Virus record (IMG/VR): IMGVR_UViG_3300042465_006773
Strand: one strand, 5' to 3'
Length of the DNA: 64,000 nucleotides
DNA from: a virus
Part shown: piece by piece, positions 20,415-31,543 of the stretch
Layout: each line of letters begins with the position of its first letter
How positions within the stretch are numbered: position 1 is the first letter of the stretch
Notes under the pieces: model-generated
Seen by the model: only the letters and a program-made list of their open reading frames with translations
Databases searched by the model: none
Told to the model about the DNA's origin: nothing
Position numbers and translations under genes: made by a program

Positions 20415-20440
20415 TTTTTAAATTTTGTTTCTTATATTTT
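20410..20440 (+). promoter_or_regulatory. Host-sigma-type promoter of polB
   Basis: TTTG(20410)-N19-TATATTTT(20433). Confidence 0.6.
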
Positions 20441-20500
20441 AAATAAGACAAACTACAATGTTACATTGTAAGCTAATGTGTCAAACTAAAATTATAAGAA

Positions 20501-23398
20501 ATGTCAAAAATAATTTCACAAGAGATAATCGAGAACTTTTTAAATGGTTCAGATTCGGAGCAGTACATTGTTGGAGTCGAATATGATTACCAAACAAACA
20601 AAATTTTTAAAATAATACAGGACCCCGAAAGAGGTAAAATTGTAAAATCAGACACATTAATACCATTTTTATGGGTTGGTGATTTGAGTGAACATAATTT
20701 TTATAGTGGAAATAAGTCACTTCAAAAAAGGAAGATGGCTGAGTTTGGTATCGTAATTGAAAAATTACAGACACATGGTAACGAAAGATTAGAAAACGGT
20801 CAGTGTTTTTTAGTAAAAAGTTTAAAAAATTACACGTCTTTAGTTTCATTTTTTAGATACGGAGGCATTGACCCTTGGAATGAAAAATTCAAACATTTAT
20901 TTACAATATTGTCACCGGTTGAACAGTTTTTAGTTCAAAAGAAAAAAAGACTCTTTAAGGGTATTGACGATTATTCAGGTGTCTATCGTTTTGTTTTTGA
21001 CATCGAGACAACAGGTCTTGAACCTGAAAAAAATAGAATAATCCTTATTGGTGTTAAAGATAATCGTGGTTTTAAAAAAACCATATCGGCATTTGGTGAT
21101 GATGGTGAAAAAAAATGTATAGAAGAATTTTTTGAAATAATAAAAGAATTAAAACCAACAATAATTGGTGGATATAACTCGGCTTCCTTTGATTTTCCAT
21201 TTATTTTAAAAAGGGCAGAAATATTGGGTATAGATATTAAAGAGTGTACTTCAATTTTCACAAACGAAGGTATAAAACAAAAAGAAGGTCTATTAAAGTT
21301 AGCAAATGAAGTGGAACCCTATACCCAACATGTAATATGGGGTCACAATATTGTAGATATATCACACTCGGTTAGAAGAGCACAAGCGATTAATTCGGAA
21401 ATTAAATCTTGGGGGTTGAAATACATTACCCAATACTTAGAAAAAGAAAAACCAAATCGTGTTTATGTTGAGGGTTCTATTATTTCTAAGATATATTTAG
21501 AAAACGATAGTTATTATATTAATCCGAAAACGGGTAAATACAAAAAAATTGGTGAACCGGGTACTGAGAACTTATTAGACAAGTATCCTGGTAAATATGA
21601 AATATGGCCGGGTCAAAGAATAGTTGAACAATATCTTGACGATGACTTGTACGAAACAATGATTGTCGATGATTCGTTTTCACAATCAACATTTTTGTTA
21701 TCTAAACTGGTACCAACCACTTATGAAAGAATTGCAACTATGGGTACCGCCACTCTTTGGAAAATTATCATGTTGGCTTGGTCTTACGAAAATGGATTAG
21801 CAATCCCCTCTAAAGATGAAAAGAGAGCCATTACAGGGGGTCTATCAAGATTACTAAATGTGGGATACTCCAAAAATATTGTAAAATTTGACTATGCGTC
21901 CCTTTACCCATCAATTCAATTGGTTTACGATGTTTTTCCTGAATGTGATGTGATGGGTGTTCAGAAATCTATGTTAAAGTATTTTCGAAATATTCGTATT
22001 AAATATAAAAGATTGGCCGGTGAACTCGCTAAAACAAATCCTGTTGAAGCAGAAATGTACGACCGTAAACAATTACCGATTAAAATTTTTATTAACGCAT
22101 ATTTTGGTTCATTATCTGCCCCTCAAGTGTTTCCGTGGGGTGATATGAACATGGGTGAAACAATCACCTGTACGGGTCGACAATGTCTTCGTATGATGAT
22201 TATGTTTTTTGAGAAAAAGGGTTATGTTCCGTTGGTTATGGATACTGATGGTGTTAATTTTTCAACTCCTGAAGACATTGATACTCATGTTTACATCGGT
22301 AAAGGTTTAAATGAATTGGTAGAAAAAGATAAAGAATATAAAGGAATTGAGGCGGACACCGCAGAATTTAATGATATCTTTATGAGAAACGAAATGGGTC
22401 TTGATATTGATTATACCGCACCTGCTTGTATTAATGTATCAAGAAAAAACTATATTATTAAACTCCTTAAAAAAGGAAAAGAAAAAATTAAATTAACGGG
22501 GAACACCATCAAATCTAAAAAACTACAACAATACATTGTAGAATTTTTAGATGAAGGTTTGAAACATTTACTAAATGGTGATGGGTTATCGTTTATTGAA
22601 TTATATTACAAATATGCTGAAAACATTTATAATCAAAAGATACCTCTATCAAAAATTGCAAATAAATCAAGAGTAAAACAATCGGTTGAAGATTATAAAA
22701 AACATATTAAAAAAATAACAAAATCAGGTTCTTTGATGTCTCGTCAGGCTCACATGGAATTAGTTATTCAAAATAATTATCCCGCCGGTTTAGGTGAAAC
22801 GATATACTACATTAATAATGGTAAAAAGAAATCTGATGGTGATGTTCAAAAAATAACAAAACCAACTAAAAAACAACAAGAAGAATATTTTCAAAAACAT
22901 GGAGAACAAATACCATCTGATTATTTGGAGATAAATTGTTACATGATTTCAGAGAGGGAATTGAGTAATAATCCCGAAATGACAGGTGATTATAATGTTG
23001 CCAGATATTTGAATAATTTTAATAAAAGAATTGAACCACTACTGGTTGTTTTTAACCCTGAAATTCGTCATGATATTTTAATCGAAAATCCCGAGAAAAG
23101 ACAATATTTTACTAGGGCACAATGTCAATTGGTTAGTGGTTATCCATTGAAAGAAGATGGTCAAGATAAGTATGAAGAAGTGATGACATTATCAGACAGT
23201 GAAGTATTGTTTTGGAATAGAGTTAATAGAGACCCGTTCTTTATGTATGTAGAAGATAGTTTAGAACTTGTAAATCCACATTGGGTTGAATTAAATAGAA
23301 GAGTCGTAAATTTAGAATCTGAAAGTATTAAGAACAATGAGGACGAATACATCGAAAATAACGGAAACGATTTCGCATTCCACGCGGTGGAATCTTAA
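20501..23398 (+). CDS. polB: Family B DNA polymerase
   Basis: ExoI FDIETTG, ExoII YNSASFDFPFI; polymerase motifs DYASLYPS, K.FINAYFG, MDTDG. Confidence 0.95.
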   Translation: MSKIISQEIIENFLNGSDSEQYIVGVEYDYQTNKIFKIIQDPERGKIVKSDTLIPFLWVGDLSEHNFYSGNKSLQKRKMAEFGIVIEKLQTHGNERLENGQCFLVKSLKNYTSLVSFFRYGGIDPWNEKFKHLFTILSPVEQFLVQKKKRLFKGIDDYSGVYRFVFDIETTGLEPEKNRIILIGVKDNRGFKKTISAFGDDGEKKCIEEFFEIIKELKPTIIGGYNSASFDFPFILKRAEILGIDIKECTSIFTNEGIKQKEGLLKLANEVEPYTQHVIWGHNIVDISHSVRRAQAINSEIKSWGLKYITQYLEKEKPNRVYVEGSIISKIYLENDSYYINPKTGKYKKIGEPGTENLLDKYPGKYEIWPGQRIVEQYLDDDLYETMIVDDSFSQSTFLLSKLVPTTYERIATMGTATLWKIIMLAWSYENGLAIPSKDEKRAITGGLSRLLNVGYSKNIVKFDYASLYPSIQLVYDVFPECDVMGVQKSMLKYFRNIRIKYKRLAGELAKTNPVEAEMYDRKQLPIKIFINAYFGSLSAPQVFPWGDMNMGETITCTGRQCLRMMIMFFEKKGYVPLVMDTDGVNFSTPEDIDTHVYIGKGLNELVEKDKEYKGIEADTAEFNDIFMRNEMGLDIDYTAPACINVSRKNYIIKLLKKGKEKIKLTGNTIKSKKLQQYIVEFLDEGLKHLLNGDGLSFIELYYKYAENIYNQKIPLSKIANKSRVKQSVEDYKKHIKKITKSGSLMSRQAHMELVIQNNYPAGLGETIYYINNGKKKSDGDVQKITKPTKKQQEEYFQKHGEQIPSDYLEINCYMISERELSNNPEMTGDYNVARYLNNFNKRIEPLLVVFNPEIRHDILIENPEKRQYFTRAQCQLVSGYPLKEDGQDKYEEVMTLSDSEVLFWNRVNRDPFFMYVEDSLELVNPHWVELNRRVVNLESESIKNNEDEYIENNGNDFAFHAVES

Positions 23399-24513
23399 AT
23401 TACGTTATATGGTGATTGGAAAGGTCTATATTTAAGAGCCTTGTTTAAATTTTCAGCTTCTGCTCCCTTTCGCTCCAATAATTTATCTGGTCTAAGTCTT
23501 TCTAAACGATTCATTAATTCTTCAATTAGTTTTAATTTTTCGTCTTTACCTTCGGTCAACAATGTACTATAGTCTAATTTTATTGTACTATCAGGTACTT
23601 GTAAATCACCTGAAAATTTACCCCATATTCTACCTAATCCTTCTTTTGAATAGGCAATAAGATACTTTCTAACCCAATTTTGTGCGGGTTTATTTAACAT
23701 ATCCCATGTTAATTCTTCAACCTCCACATCTGATGGTAATTTAACGATACCACTGTTTTTATCTAAACAAGTGTCACTTGATGTGGTGTCATAGTACCAA
23801 TACCAAACTCTACTTCTATTATTTTGTATCGAACCAAAATCGAATCTACCACCAGGTACGTTTGATAAATGAACTATTTTAGTACCATTTGGACCTGCTG
23901 TTATTCGATATGTGAGTTCACCACCTATAAGTCTATTTTTTAAATTTCTGTCCTGCATTCTCAATAAAAGGTCGTATGCTGGTAACAAGAAATATGACCC
24001 CGATGCACCTTGTTGAGCAAAACCACCGACACCCCCAAAAGCAACACCACCTAATCCACCAAACCCACCCAAAAATGGGTCAACAATAGAATCAGTTAAT
24101 TCTGCTCTGGTAAACCATAATAATTCGTTTATTTCTCTACCAGCAGGAATTACATAGGTTTGGGTGTTGGCTGACAACGTTATATAGTCTTTTTTCAGTT
24201 CACTATCACCACCGGCTTGTAATCCAACAATCTTAGAGTACGAGTGACTATATTGTGTTTCATAATCCAAACTTCTTGTTGTGAATGCTCTTGTTAAGGA
24301 TTGTGTATCCACATCTAAACCAACTAATGCCGACCATTGAGATTCGATTAACCAATCATTAACATACTGTTCATACTCTGATACCGATAACTCTAAAAAG
24401 GTGTCCATTTGTTCTTCGGTTAATTCGACACCTCTAACAGGTAAACCTAATAAATGAAAAACTTGTGTATATAGTTTTTGTTTTTCGGTATTTGAAATTA
24501 TTGTTATACTCAT
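23395..24513 (-). CDS. Neck / head-tail adaptor protein (gp13-like)
   Basis: LG.PVRGVELTEEQM, WVRKYLIAYSKEGLGRIWGKFSG, EGKDEK.KLIEEL. Confidence 0.75.
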   Translation of the reverse strand: MSITIISNTEKQKLYTQVFHLLGLPVRGVELTEEQMDTFLELSVSEYEQYVNDWLIESQWSALVGLDVDTQSLTRAFTTRSLDYETQYSHSYSKIVGLQAGGDSELKKDYITLSANTQTYVIPAGREINELLWFTRAELTDSIVDPFLGGFGGLGGVAFGGVGGFAQQGASGSYFLLPAYDLLLRMQDRNLKNRLIGGELTYRITAGPNGTKIVHLSNVPGGRFDFGSIQNNRSRVWYWYYDTTSSDTCLDKNSGIVKLPSDVEVEELTWDMLNKPAQNWVRKYLIAYSKEGLGRIWGKFSGDLQVPDSTIKLDYSTLLTEGKDEKLKLIEELMNRLERLRPDKLLERKGAEAENLNKALKYRPFQSPYNVI

Positions 24514-24554
24514 GAATTTACTTTATTTATAAATACTCGTATATTCAGTACACT

Positions 24555-24833
24555 ATGTCTAACAATAATATATTTAATTCTAAAATATTTTATGAGTTTT
24601 TTCTTTTTTGTACAAAAAAAAACATTGATTTTGTTTTAGAAATTAGTGAAAAAAGTAAAATAAAATATAATTCTAATGAAAATAAACTCACTGCGAGTTT
24701 ATCAAAAAAAGATGATGAATTCAAACCGCAAATGATTTACAGTGTTTGGAATAAAATTATTGATAATAATATTGTGGATATGGATGAAAAAGAAAAAATA
24801 AAAAAAGAATTAAATAATTTGTTTGAGAAGTGA
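24555..24833 (+). CDS. Hypothetical protein
   Basis: 92 aa; preceded by TTTA-N19-TATATTCA (24517-24547). Confidence 0.55.
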   Translation: MSNNNIFNSKIFYEFFLFCTKKNIDFVLEISEKSKIKYNSNENKLTASLSKKDDEFKPQMIYSVWNKIIDNNIVDMDEKEKIKKELNNLFEK

Positions 24834-26564
24834 TTGTGCGAAGTTTTCACCAAAATCACCGTCACCCATAACTTGGTCTATTATATTTTTCTTTTTTTGC
24901 AAAATATTATAAACTATTTTTTCTATTGTGTTTTCAAAAATTGGATAGTAGACAACTACGTTTTTTTTCTGACCATATCTAAATGCCCTATCTTCCGCCT
25001 GACTGTGATGTGCGGGAACGAAAGATAAATCGTTCATGATAACAACTTCGGCTTCTGTTAGGGTAATACCAACACCACCAGCAACAATATTTGATATGAA
25101 AATTTTTATTTTATCTTCGGTTTGAAATCTATCAACGGATTTTTGTCTTTTTTCTTTAGACATTCTACCATCTAAGACAACCGAATTTTTTTTATATTTT
25201 TCATGTAACATATCCAATGCCATTGTAAAATTAGTAAAAACAATAATTTTTTTTCCTTGCTCCAAACACCTATCAATTATCTCACAAGTATAATCTACTT
25301 TTTGTTCTGAAATTATTTTTCTAATTTTCATTAACCTGTTAATTGTCACAGATAACGACTCTTTATTTTTGTTTTCTTGAGCGATTTGAATAAACTCTTC
25401 CAATCCACTATCATATTCAGTACTTGATAAGGTTAAAAATACAGGACTAATTATTTTATCTGGTAAATCTAAAATATCTGTTTTTAATCTTCGTAATATA
25501 GTGTTTTTTGTTTTTAATCTTAATTCATCTAAATTTGTTGCTCCACCTGTATTCCAAATTTTTCTACCGTTTACTGTAAACTGATACCCACCACAATATC
25601 TTCTAACATATGAAGACCAATCCAAAGTCACATTTGAATTTACAATTCTTAATAGGTTAAAATAATTTATCGGTCTCGATGTCATAGGTGTACCTGTAAG
25701 TAACCAAACTTTAGGTATCTTTGATAAGATATCATTTATTAACTTTGTTCTTTGTGCTGTTGTATTTGAAATATAATGGGCCTCATCAACTATTGCTAGG
25801 TCAAAATTAGTATCTGAAATCTGTGTGTTTTTTTGTTCACCAATTTCGGGTTCACCAATTGTGTGATAATTTTTTATAATGTCATAATTTATTATGTAAT
25901 AATCAAATGTTGAACCCCATTTACCTCCTTCCACAATTAGAGTTTTTTTGTTTGAATAAATTTCAATTTCTCTTTGCCAATTTATTTTTAAAGAGGCTGG
26001 ACATATTATAAGAATTTTTTTTGATTGACTTTCTAATGAAGCAATTATTGTTGATGTCGTTTTACCCAAACCCATATCATCTGCTAATATAAATCTATCG
26101 TTCGATAGTAATTTTTCAATAGCTATTTTTTGATGAGGTAATGGTGGTCTATTATCATATGGGGAATAATCTATTTCTCTATTTAATTTTTTTTCTTCTT
26201 GTATAATTGCTGATTTTGGAATCCACATCGCATGATTTTTTTGGTTTTCATAAATCTTACCCCATATATGGTACGCCTTATCTGTTTCACACAATAATTT
26301 TTCACACCATATTTTTTCGGGAACAAAATCTAATTCCTTTGTTTCTTTTAGTTTTTCTCCAAAGTTCTCAACTATAACAATATTTTTTCTTGCTACTTTA
26401 GGTACAACTTCATGATATTTGATAACATATTCAGATTGAGGTCTTGTTAATTTAAAACTTTTATTTGTTTCAAATTTTTTTTTCCAATCGAGCATTTGGT
26501 TATTGTAACCCTCGTAGGTCTCTAAAATATTTTTTGCAACAATTTCCGGTACTTTATCAAGCAT
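24810..26564 (-). CDS. SNF2/SMARCAL1-like helicase
   Basis: LADDMGLGKT, DEAH, LTGTP, GGVGITLT, QAEDRAFRYGQ. Confidence 0.92.
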   Translation of the reverse strand: MLDKVPEIVAKNILETYEGYNNQMLDWKKKFETNKSFKLTRPQSEYVIKYHEVVPKVARKNIVIVENFGEKLKETKELDFVPEKIWCEKLLCETDKAYHIWGKIYENQKNHAMWIPKSAIIQEEKKLNREIDYSPYDNRPPLPHQKIAIEKLLSNDRFILADDMGLGKTTSTIIASLESQSKKILIICPASLKINWQREIEIYSNKKTLIVEGGKWGSTFDYYIINYDIIKNYHTIGEPEIGEQKNTQISDTNFDLAIVDEAHYISNTTAQRTKLINDILSKIPKVWLLTGTPMTSRPINYFNLLRIVNSNVTLDWSSYVRRYCGGYQFTVNGRKIWNTGGATNLDELRLKTKNTILRRLKTDILDLPDKIISPVFLTLSSTEYDSGLEEFIQIAQENKNKESLSVTINRLMKIRKIISEQKVDYTCEIIDRCLEQGKKIIVFTNFTMALDMLHEKYKKNSVVLDGRMSKEKRQKSVDRFQTEDKIKIFISNIVAGGVGITLTEAEVVIMNDLSFVPAHHSQAEDRAFRYGQKKNVVVYYPIFENTIEKIVYNILQKKKNIIDQVMGDGDFGENFAQSLLKQII

Positions 26565-26615
26565 CTTTAATAAATAATAATAAATAAGATTGATAATATA
26601 AACTATTTATTATAT

Positions 26616-27128
26616 ATGAAAAACAAATTACCCATTACAAGAATTTCAAAATTTTTTTCCCAAACAGATATGGATTTAAATGTTCAATTGGGTGAAGAGT
26701 ATCTACACGGTGATTTAGGTATGAGATTGGTTCTTTTTAGAGTTGATAGACAAAAAACGGATACCGATAACGTATATGGTGAAGTGGGTAAAGATGGGAT
26801 AAAATTTTACCCACCTGTTGAATTTTATGGTTTGGTAAAAATAGAAGAACCAAAAAACAATAGTTATACAAAAGGAGTAAACAGATATTTGGAACCGGGA
26901 AATATGTCGGTATCTGTCTATTTAAAACATTTAGAAGAAATGCAGATAGATATCAAATATGGTGACTTTATTGGGTATCCTGAATCTGAAGAAAAAATTA
27001 GATACTATACTGTTACAAATGATGGTAAAGTTGTATCAGACAATAAACATAATATGTTTGGTTTTAAACCATATTATAGAACTATTCTTTGCGTACCAGC
27101 ACAAGAATTTGAATTTAGAGGAATTTAA
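26616..27128 (+). CDS. Head closure / neck protein (gp14-like)
   Basis: DNVYGE...F.PPVE, DIKYGDFI; position before the tail terminator and sheath. Confidence 0.65.
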   Translation: MKNKLPITRISKFFSQTDMDLNVQLGEEYLHGDLGMRLVLFRVDRQKTDTDNVYGEVGKDGIKFYPPVEFYGLVKIEEPKNNSYTKGVNRYLEPGNMSVSVYLKHLEEMQIDIKYGDFIGYPESEEKIRYYTVTNDGKVVSDNKHNMFGFKPYYRTILCVPAQEFEFRGI

Positions 27129-27130
27129 TT

Positions 27131-28225
27131 ATGGGATTACCTAAAAGAAAAACAGATATAAAAGTTTTTGGTGTTAGTCAAAATACAGACAATGCCGTTA
27201 TTGGTAGAAGAAAAGAATTGTTAGAAGAAATAACAAAATCAGATACTTTTTTACCTGATTCAATTATGCATGATGACATGGATTTGGGTATGCTTGAATT
27301 TGTAAAAGAAAATTTTAAAATAATGTCTGATGGTGAAGAGTTACCTATAATACCAAAAATACTAACGATTCAAAGATGGTCAGAATTTAAAAATAATTGG
27401 AACTTTTCAGATGAAGATGGTAATATAAAATTACCATTTATTGCGGTTGTCAGAAAACCTGATGTTCAATTGGGTACTAATCCATCAATTCAAAGAACCA
27501 TACCCGATAGAAGAGATTTTTTCTATGCCTCGGTACCAACTTGGGATGGGAATCAAATGGGTGCCGATGTGTATAAGATACCTCAACCTGTACCTGTTGA
27601 CATTGGATTTGATGTAACAATTGTTTGTACAAAATTTAGAGATATTAACACTTTCAATAAAAAAGTTTTACAAAAATTTTCATCAAGACAAGCCTATACT
27701 AAAATTAAAGGACATTATATACCAATAATTTTAGATAGAATAGAAAACGATAACACCGCAATGGATACAATGGATGGTAGAAGATTCTATGTTCAAAATT
27801 ATTCTTTTACGATGTTAGGGTTTTTGATTGATGAAGAAGAGTTTGAAGTTTCACCAGCGATTTCAAGAGCAATATTGATGAGTGAAGTTGATAGTAGAAA
27901 ATTAAAAAGTAGTAATAAAAGTAATTTAATAACTTTAAATTCTTCATATAGTAGTGGTTCAGTTATTGCCACTTATACCGCAACCTCACAATATAAAGTA
28001 GATAAAACAATAGAGATTGTTTTTAATGATGTAATTAACACTATAACAGGTGATTCAATAAATCAAACCGTAAGATTGTTTATTGACACAAATCAAACAT
28101 CGGGAACAACACAATACACAATTAATGAAAATTATTCAAATATTACAGGTAATAATACATTTTCAGGGGTTACCATTAATTCAATTGGTAAATCAAAGTA
28201 TTCATATTCATATGAACTAACTTAA
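27131..28225 (+). CDS. Tail terminator / sheath stabiliser (gp15-like) with S/T-rich C-terminal extension
   Basis: LPFIAV.R, PQPVPVDIGFDV, FTMLGFLI; synteny. Confidence 0.65.
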   Translation: MGLPKRKTDIKVFGVSQNTDNAVIGRRKELLEEITKSDTFLPDSIMHDDMDLGMLEFVKENFKIMSDGEELPIIPKILTIQRWSEFKNNWNFSDEDGNIKLPFIAVVRKPDVQLGTNPSIQRTIPDRRDFFYASVPTWDGNQMGADVYKIPQPVPVDIGFDVTIVCTKFRDINTFNKKVLQKFSSRQAYTKIKGHYIPIILDRIENDNTAMDTMDGRRFYVQNYSFTMLGFLIDEEEFEVSPAISRAILMSEVDSRKLKSSNKSNLITLNSSYSSGSVIATYTATSQYKVDKTIEIVFNDVINTITGDSINQTVRLFIDTNQTSGTTQYTINENYSNITGNNTFSGVTINSIGKSKYSYSYELT

Positions 28226-28401
28226 TCCCCATAAATGTCTCTTTTTTGTTGTTGTATTTGTTTTGTGTTATTTTTACAAATTTCTTCAATACTTTTTTGA
28301 ATTACTTTGTGAATTTTTAATCCGTTAATTTCACAATATTCTTTCAGTATTTTGTGATGATATTCACTTATTTTTATATTTTTAGAAGTGTTATCTTTCA
28401 T
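28222..28401 (-). CDS. Ribbon-helix-helix-like DNA-binding protein (59 aa, not in ORF track)
   Basis: MKDNTSKNIKISEYHHKILKEYCEINGLKIHKVIQKSIEE: beta-strand KNIKI followed by two helices. Confidence 0.7.
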   Translation of the reverse strand: MKDNTSKNIKISEYHHKILKEYCEINGLKIHKVIQKSIEEICKNNTKQIQQQKRDIYGD

Positions 28402-28430
28402 AAAGATAAATATAGATAAAAAAAGATAAA
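28391..28430. promoter_or_regulatory. Putative operator: palindrome plus 10-bp-spaced AGATAAA repeats
   Basis: TTATCTTT-cat-AAAGATAA centred on the RHH start codon; AGATAAA at 28404, 28414 and 28424. Confidence 0.5.
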
Positions 28431-28536
28431 TTTATATATATAACTATTTTTTTTTATAAAATAAAGGGAATCTTTGGTAAATGTGATAATATTTATTATA
28501 AAAAGAAATAAAATAATATAACCAAACAATATAAAA

Positions 28537-31392
28537 ATGGCAAATTCAAATAGAGTTTTTGTATCTCCTGGTGTATACACATCAGAAAAAGATTTAACTT
28601 TTGTAGCTCAAAGTGTGGGTGTAAGTACACTTGGTTTAGTAGGTGAGACCTTAAAAGGTCCTGCGTTTGAGCCGATTTTAATAACTGATTTCGACGAGTT
28701 TAAGTCCTATTTTGGAACAACGTCTCCACTTAAAGATGGGAATGGTAACCCAAAATTTGAATTGCCATATTTTGCTAAATCATACTTAGAAGAATCAAAC
28801 CAATTATTTGTTACAAGGATATTAGGTTTAACAGGATATATGCCAAGTAAAAGTTTTGGAATACAAACTATTGGTGGTGTTACTTTGGGAACTTTAAGTG
28901 GAACAACATCTGGTTTAACCATGTCCGCAACTACCAGTACAATTACAGGTAGTACAATATATTCGGAATTGTCCGATAAAATTTCAGTAGATGGAAATTA
29001 CATTACCGATTATATTGTATCTAATTTTAGTGGTAATACTTCTTCAAACCATGGTCAATGGTTTGTTATGGGAAATGTACCATCTTCAGGTACAACATCA
29101 TTAACCACCTCTTTGGAGGAAGTTTCTCCTTTGACAGGTTTAGATAACGCAAACAATAACAATAATAAAGAGTGGTATAACGTTTTAGTTAACACAGGTA
29201 ATACCGAAGTTTATTCATACTTATTTGTTTACAATAGTGGTACTTCAAGGTTTGATGTAACAAGATATACCTATAACGCAACTTTGAATAGTGACTACGA
29301 TGGAAAGATAATTTTATCTTTTAGACCGAGAGGTTCGTATGTTGGACAAACATTGAATCTTGAAGTAACTACCGATTCCAATTTTAATATCAGTGGTACT
29401 GGTTTAACATCAAATCCTTTATCTGAGTTTACTGTAAATGTAACAGGTGCAACAAGTGGAGCAAAATCTTTTACATGTAGTATGGACAGTACTTCATCAA
29501 AATACGTAACCAAAGTATTTGGTACAGACGTTTATGATAGATTAAAAGGTGATGTTCCAATTTATGTTTTCGAGTCATACCCTAACTATCTTTTAGAGGC
29601 CTACAAACAAGGTTATATCAGAGGTTTAAGTTTAACAGAAATCTATGAAAGTGAAACAAATTCTTTTAGAACAAAATGGGACACACCTGTTTCTCCAACA
29701 ATTGTTTCAGAAGTTCGTGGTGGTGAAGTTGTTGATTTATTTGACATAATCACTATTTCAGATGGAGACAGTGCTAATTTTGAAGTAAAAATATCGATAA
29801 TAAACATTAACATTGAAACAGGTGAATTTGATTTGATTGTTAGGGATTTTAATGATACCGATGATAACATTGTTGTACTTGAAAAATTCTCAAGATGTTC
29901 AATGAATCCAGATTTACCTGGATACGTTGCAAGAAAGATTGGAACCTCCGATGGAGAATATGAATTACGTTCAAGATATATTATGTTATCGATGAGTAGT
30001 AGTGCACCATCAGACGCATATCCCGCAGGATTTAAAGGGTTCGTATCAAATAGTACGTTCGGTTCAAAAACTTTGGGTTCTGTTATGTACAAAACGGAGT
30101 TCTACGATGCTGGTGATATTATGGGTTATGAATCAGATGGTACTCCTATTTTATCTTCAGGTGATAAACTAAGAAGAACATATTTCGGTTTAGGTAATCA
30201 AGTTAGTCAAGTTACATTTGATAGAGATTTATTTAAATTTAAAGGAATAAATGCAACTTCATCAACTGAAGGATTTCACTTATCAACAAACGCTTCAACT
30301 TTGACAGGTACGACGTATTTAACAACACCATATGATTTAGAAGGTCAAACAGATGCAACAAACAATAAATTAACAAATATTAACTATAGAAAGTTTACAT
30401 TAGCGGTATGTGGTGGATTTGATGGGTGGGACATTTATAGAAACGTAAGAACATATGGTGACAATTATATCTTTGGTAAACCAACATATGTAAGTGGTAA
30501 CACTTCAAATGGGGGTGTATTTAGTACTCTTTCAGGAAATTCTGATTATTACTCATACATACAAGGTATTGACACTTTTTCAAATCCAGAAGCGGTTGAT
30601 ATCAATATATTTGCGACACCAGGTATAAACTTTTTTGACCACAGTTCATTGACAGCTTACGCAATTGAAATGGTTGAAGAAGATAGAGCAGACTCTTTAT
30701 ACGTAATATCAAGTCCAAATCAAACAACAACTGATGAAATTATTGATTCATTGGATTTAGTATCAATTGATAGTAACTATTCGTCAACATATTGGCCGTG
30801 GATTCAAGTGAGAGATGTGGATAATGCAACACAATTGTTTTTACCACCAACAGGTGAAGTATTAAGGAACATTGCGTTAACCGATAATGTTTCTTTTCCA
30901 TGGTTTGCTGTGGCCGGGTATTCAAGAGGTTTAGTTAATTCAATTAAAGCATATAAGAAATTAACATTGGATGAAAGAGATGATTTGTATAAGAATAGAA
31001 TTAATCCAATCGCAACTTTTGCTGATACAGGTACTATAATTTGGGGTAACAAAACTTTACAAGTTAGAGAATCCGCTTTGGATAGAATAAACGTAAGAAG
31101 ACTTTTGTTGAGAACGAGAAAATTAATATCAGCAGTTGCGGTTAGACTTTTATTTGAACAAAATGATGAACAAGTTCGTAATGAGTTCTTAAGATTAGTT
31201 AATCCAATATTAGAATCGATAAAAAGAGAAAGAGGTGTTTACGAATTCAGAGTAACAGTATCAAACGACCCAGAGGATATTGATGCAAACACTTTGAGAG
31301 GTAAAATATATATTAAACCAACCCGCTCATTGGAATTCATTGATTTGGAATTTATAATTACACCTACAGGTGCATCTTTCGAAAATGTTTAA
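28537..31392 (+). CDS. Tail sheath protein (gp18-like)
   Basis: SPGVYTSEKDL, GETLKGP, YWPW, PWFAVAG..RG, RINPI, WGNKTLQ, LDRINVRRLL, FEQND, IKPTRSLEFI. Confidence 0.95.
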   Translation: MANSNRVFVSPGVYTSEKDLTFVAQSVGVSTLGLVGETLKGPAFEPILITDFDEFKSYFGTTSPLKDGNGNPKFELPYFAKSYLEESNQLFVTRILGLTGYMPSKSFGIQTIGGVTLGTLSGTTSGLTMSATTSTITGSTIYSELSDKISVDGNYITDYIVSNFSGNTSSNHGQWFVMGNVPSSGTTSLTTSLEEVSPLTGLDNANNNNNKEWYNVLVNTGNTEVYSYLFVYNSGTSRFDVTRYTYNATLNSDYDGKIILSFRPRGSYVGQTLNLEVTTDSNFNISGTGLTSNPLSEFTVNVTGATSGAKSFTCSMDSTSSKYVTKVFGTDVYDRLKGDVPIYVFESYPNYLLEAYKQGYIRGLSLTEIYESETNSFRTKWDTPVSPTIVSEVRGGEVVDLFDIITISDGDSANFEVKISIININIETGEFDLIVRDFNDTDDNIVVLEKFSRCSMNPDLPGYVARKIGTSDGEYELRSRYIMLSMSSSAPSDAYPAGFKGFVSNSTFGSKTLGSVMYKTEFYDAGDIMGYESDGTPILSSGDKLRRTYFGLGNQVSQVTFDRDLFKFKGINATSSTEGFHLSTNASTLTGTTYLTTPYDLEGQTDATNNKLTNINYRKFTLAVCGGFDGWDIYRNVRTYGDNYIFGKPTYVSGNTSNGGVFSTLSGNSDYYSYIQGIDTFSNPEAVDINIFATPGINFFDHSSLTAYAIEMVEEDRADSLYVISSPNQTTTDEIIDSLDLVSIDSNYSSTYWPWIQVRDVDNATQLFLPPTGEVLRNIALTDNVSFPWFAVAGYSRGLVNSIKAYKKLTLDERDDLYKNRINPIATFADTGTIIWGNKTLQVRESALDRINVRRLLLRTRKLISAVAVRLLFEQNDEQVRNEFLRLVNPILESIKRERGVYEFRVTVSNDPEDIDANTLRGKIYIKPTRSLEFIDLEFIITPTGASFENV

Positions 31393-31397
31393 AAATT

Positions 31398-31543
31398 GCC
31401 CAGTATATTACACCAGTATATAAAACTAGTAGATAATAAATGTTAAATAGACTAGAAATAATAAATACTAGATAATAAAAACTAGAAATAATAAATACTA
31501 GATAATAAAAACTAGAAATAATAAATACTAGTATATACTGGGC
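31398..31543. repeat. Non-coding iteron-like tandem repeat flanked by 11-bp inverted repeats
   Basis: 30-bp unit actagaaataataaatactagataataaaa x2.7 (31451-31530) between gcccagtatat (31398) and atatactgggc (31533). Confidence 0.9.

Noticed and set aside
31451-31530. CRISPR array
   Set aside because: Units are contiguous with no unique spacers, and no cas genes are visible.
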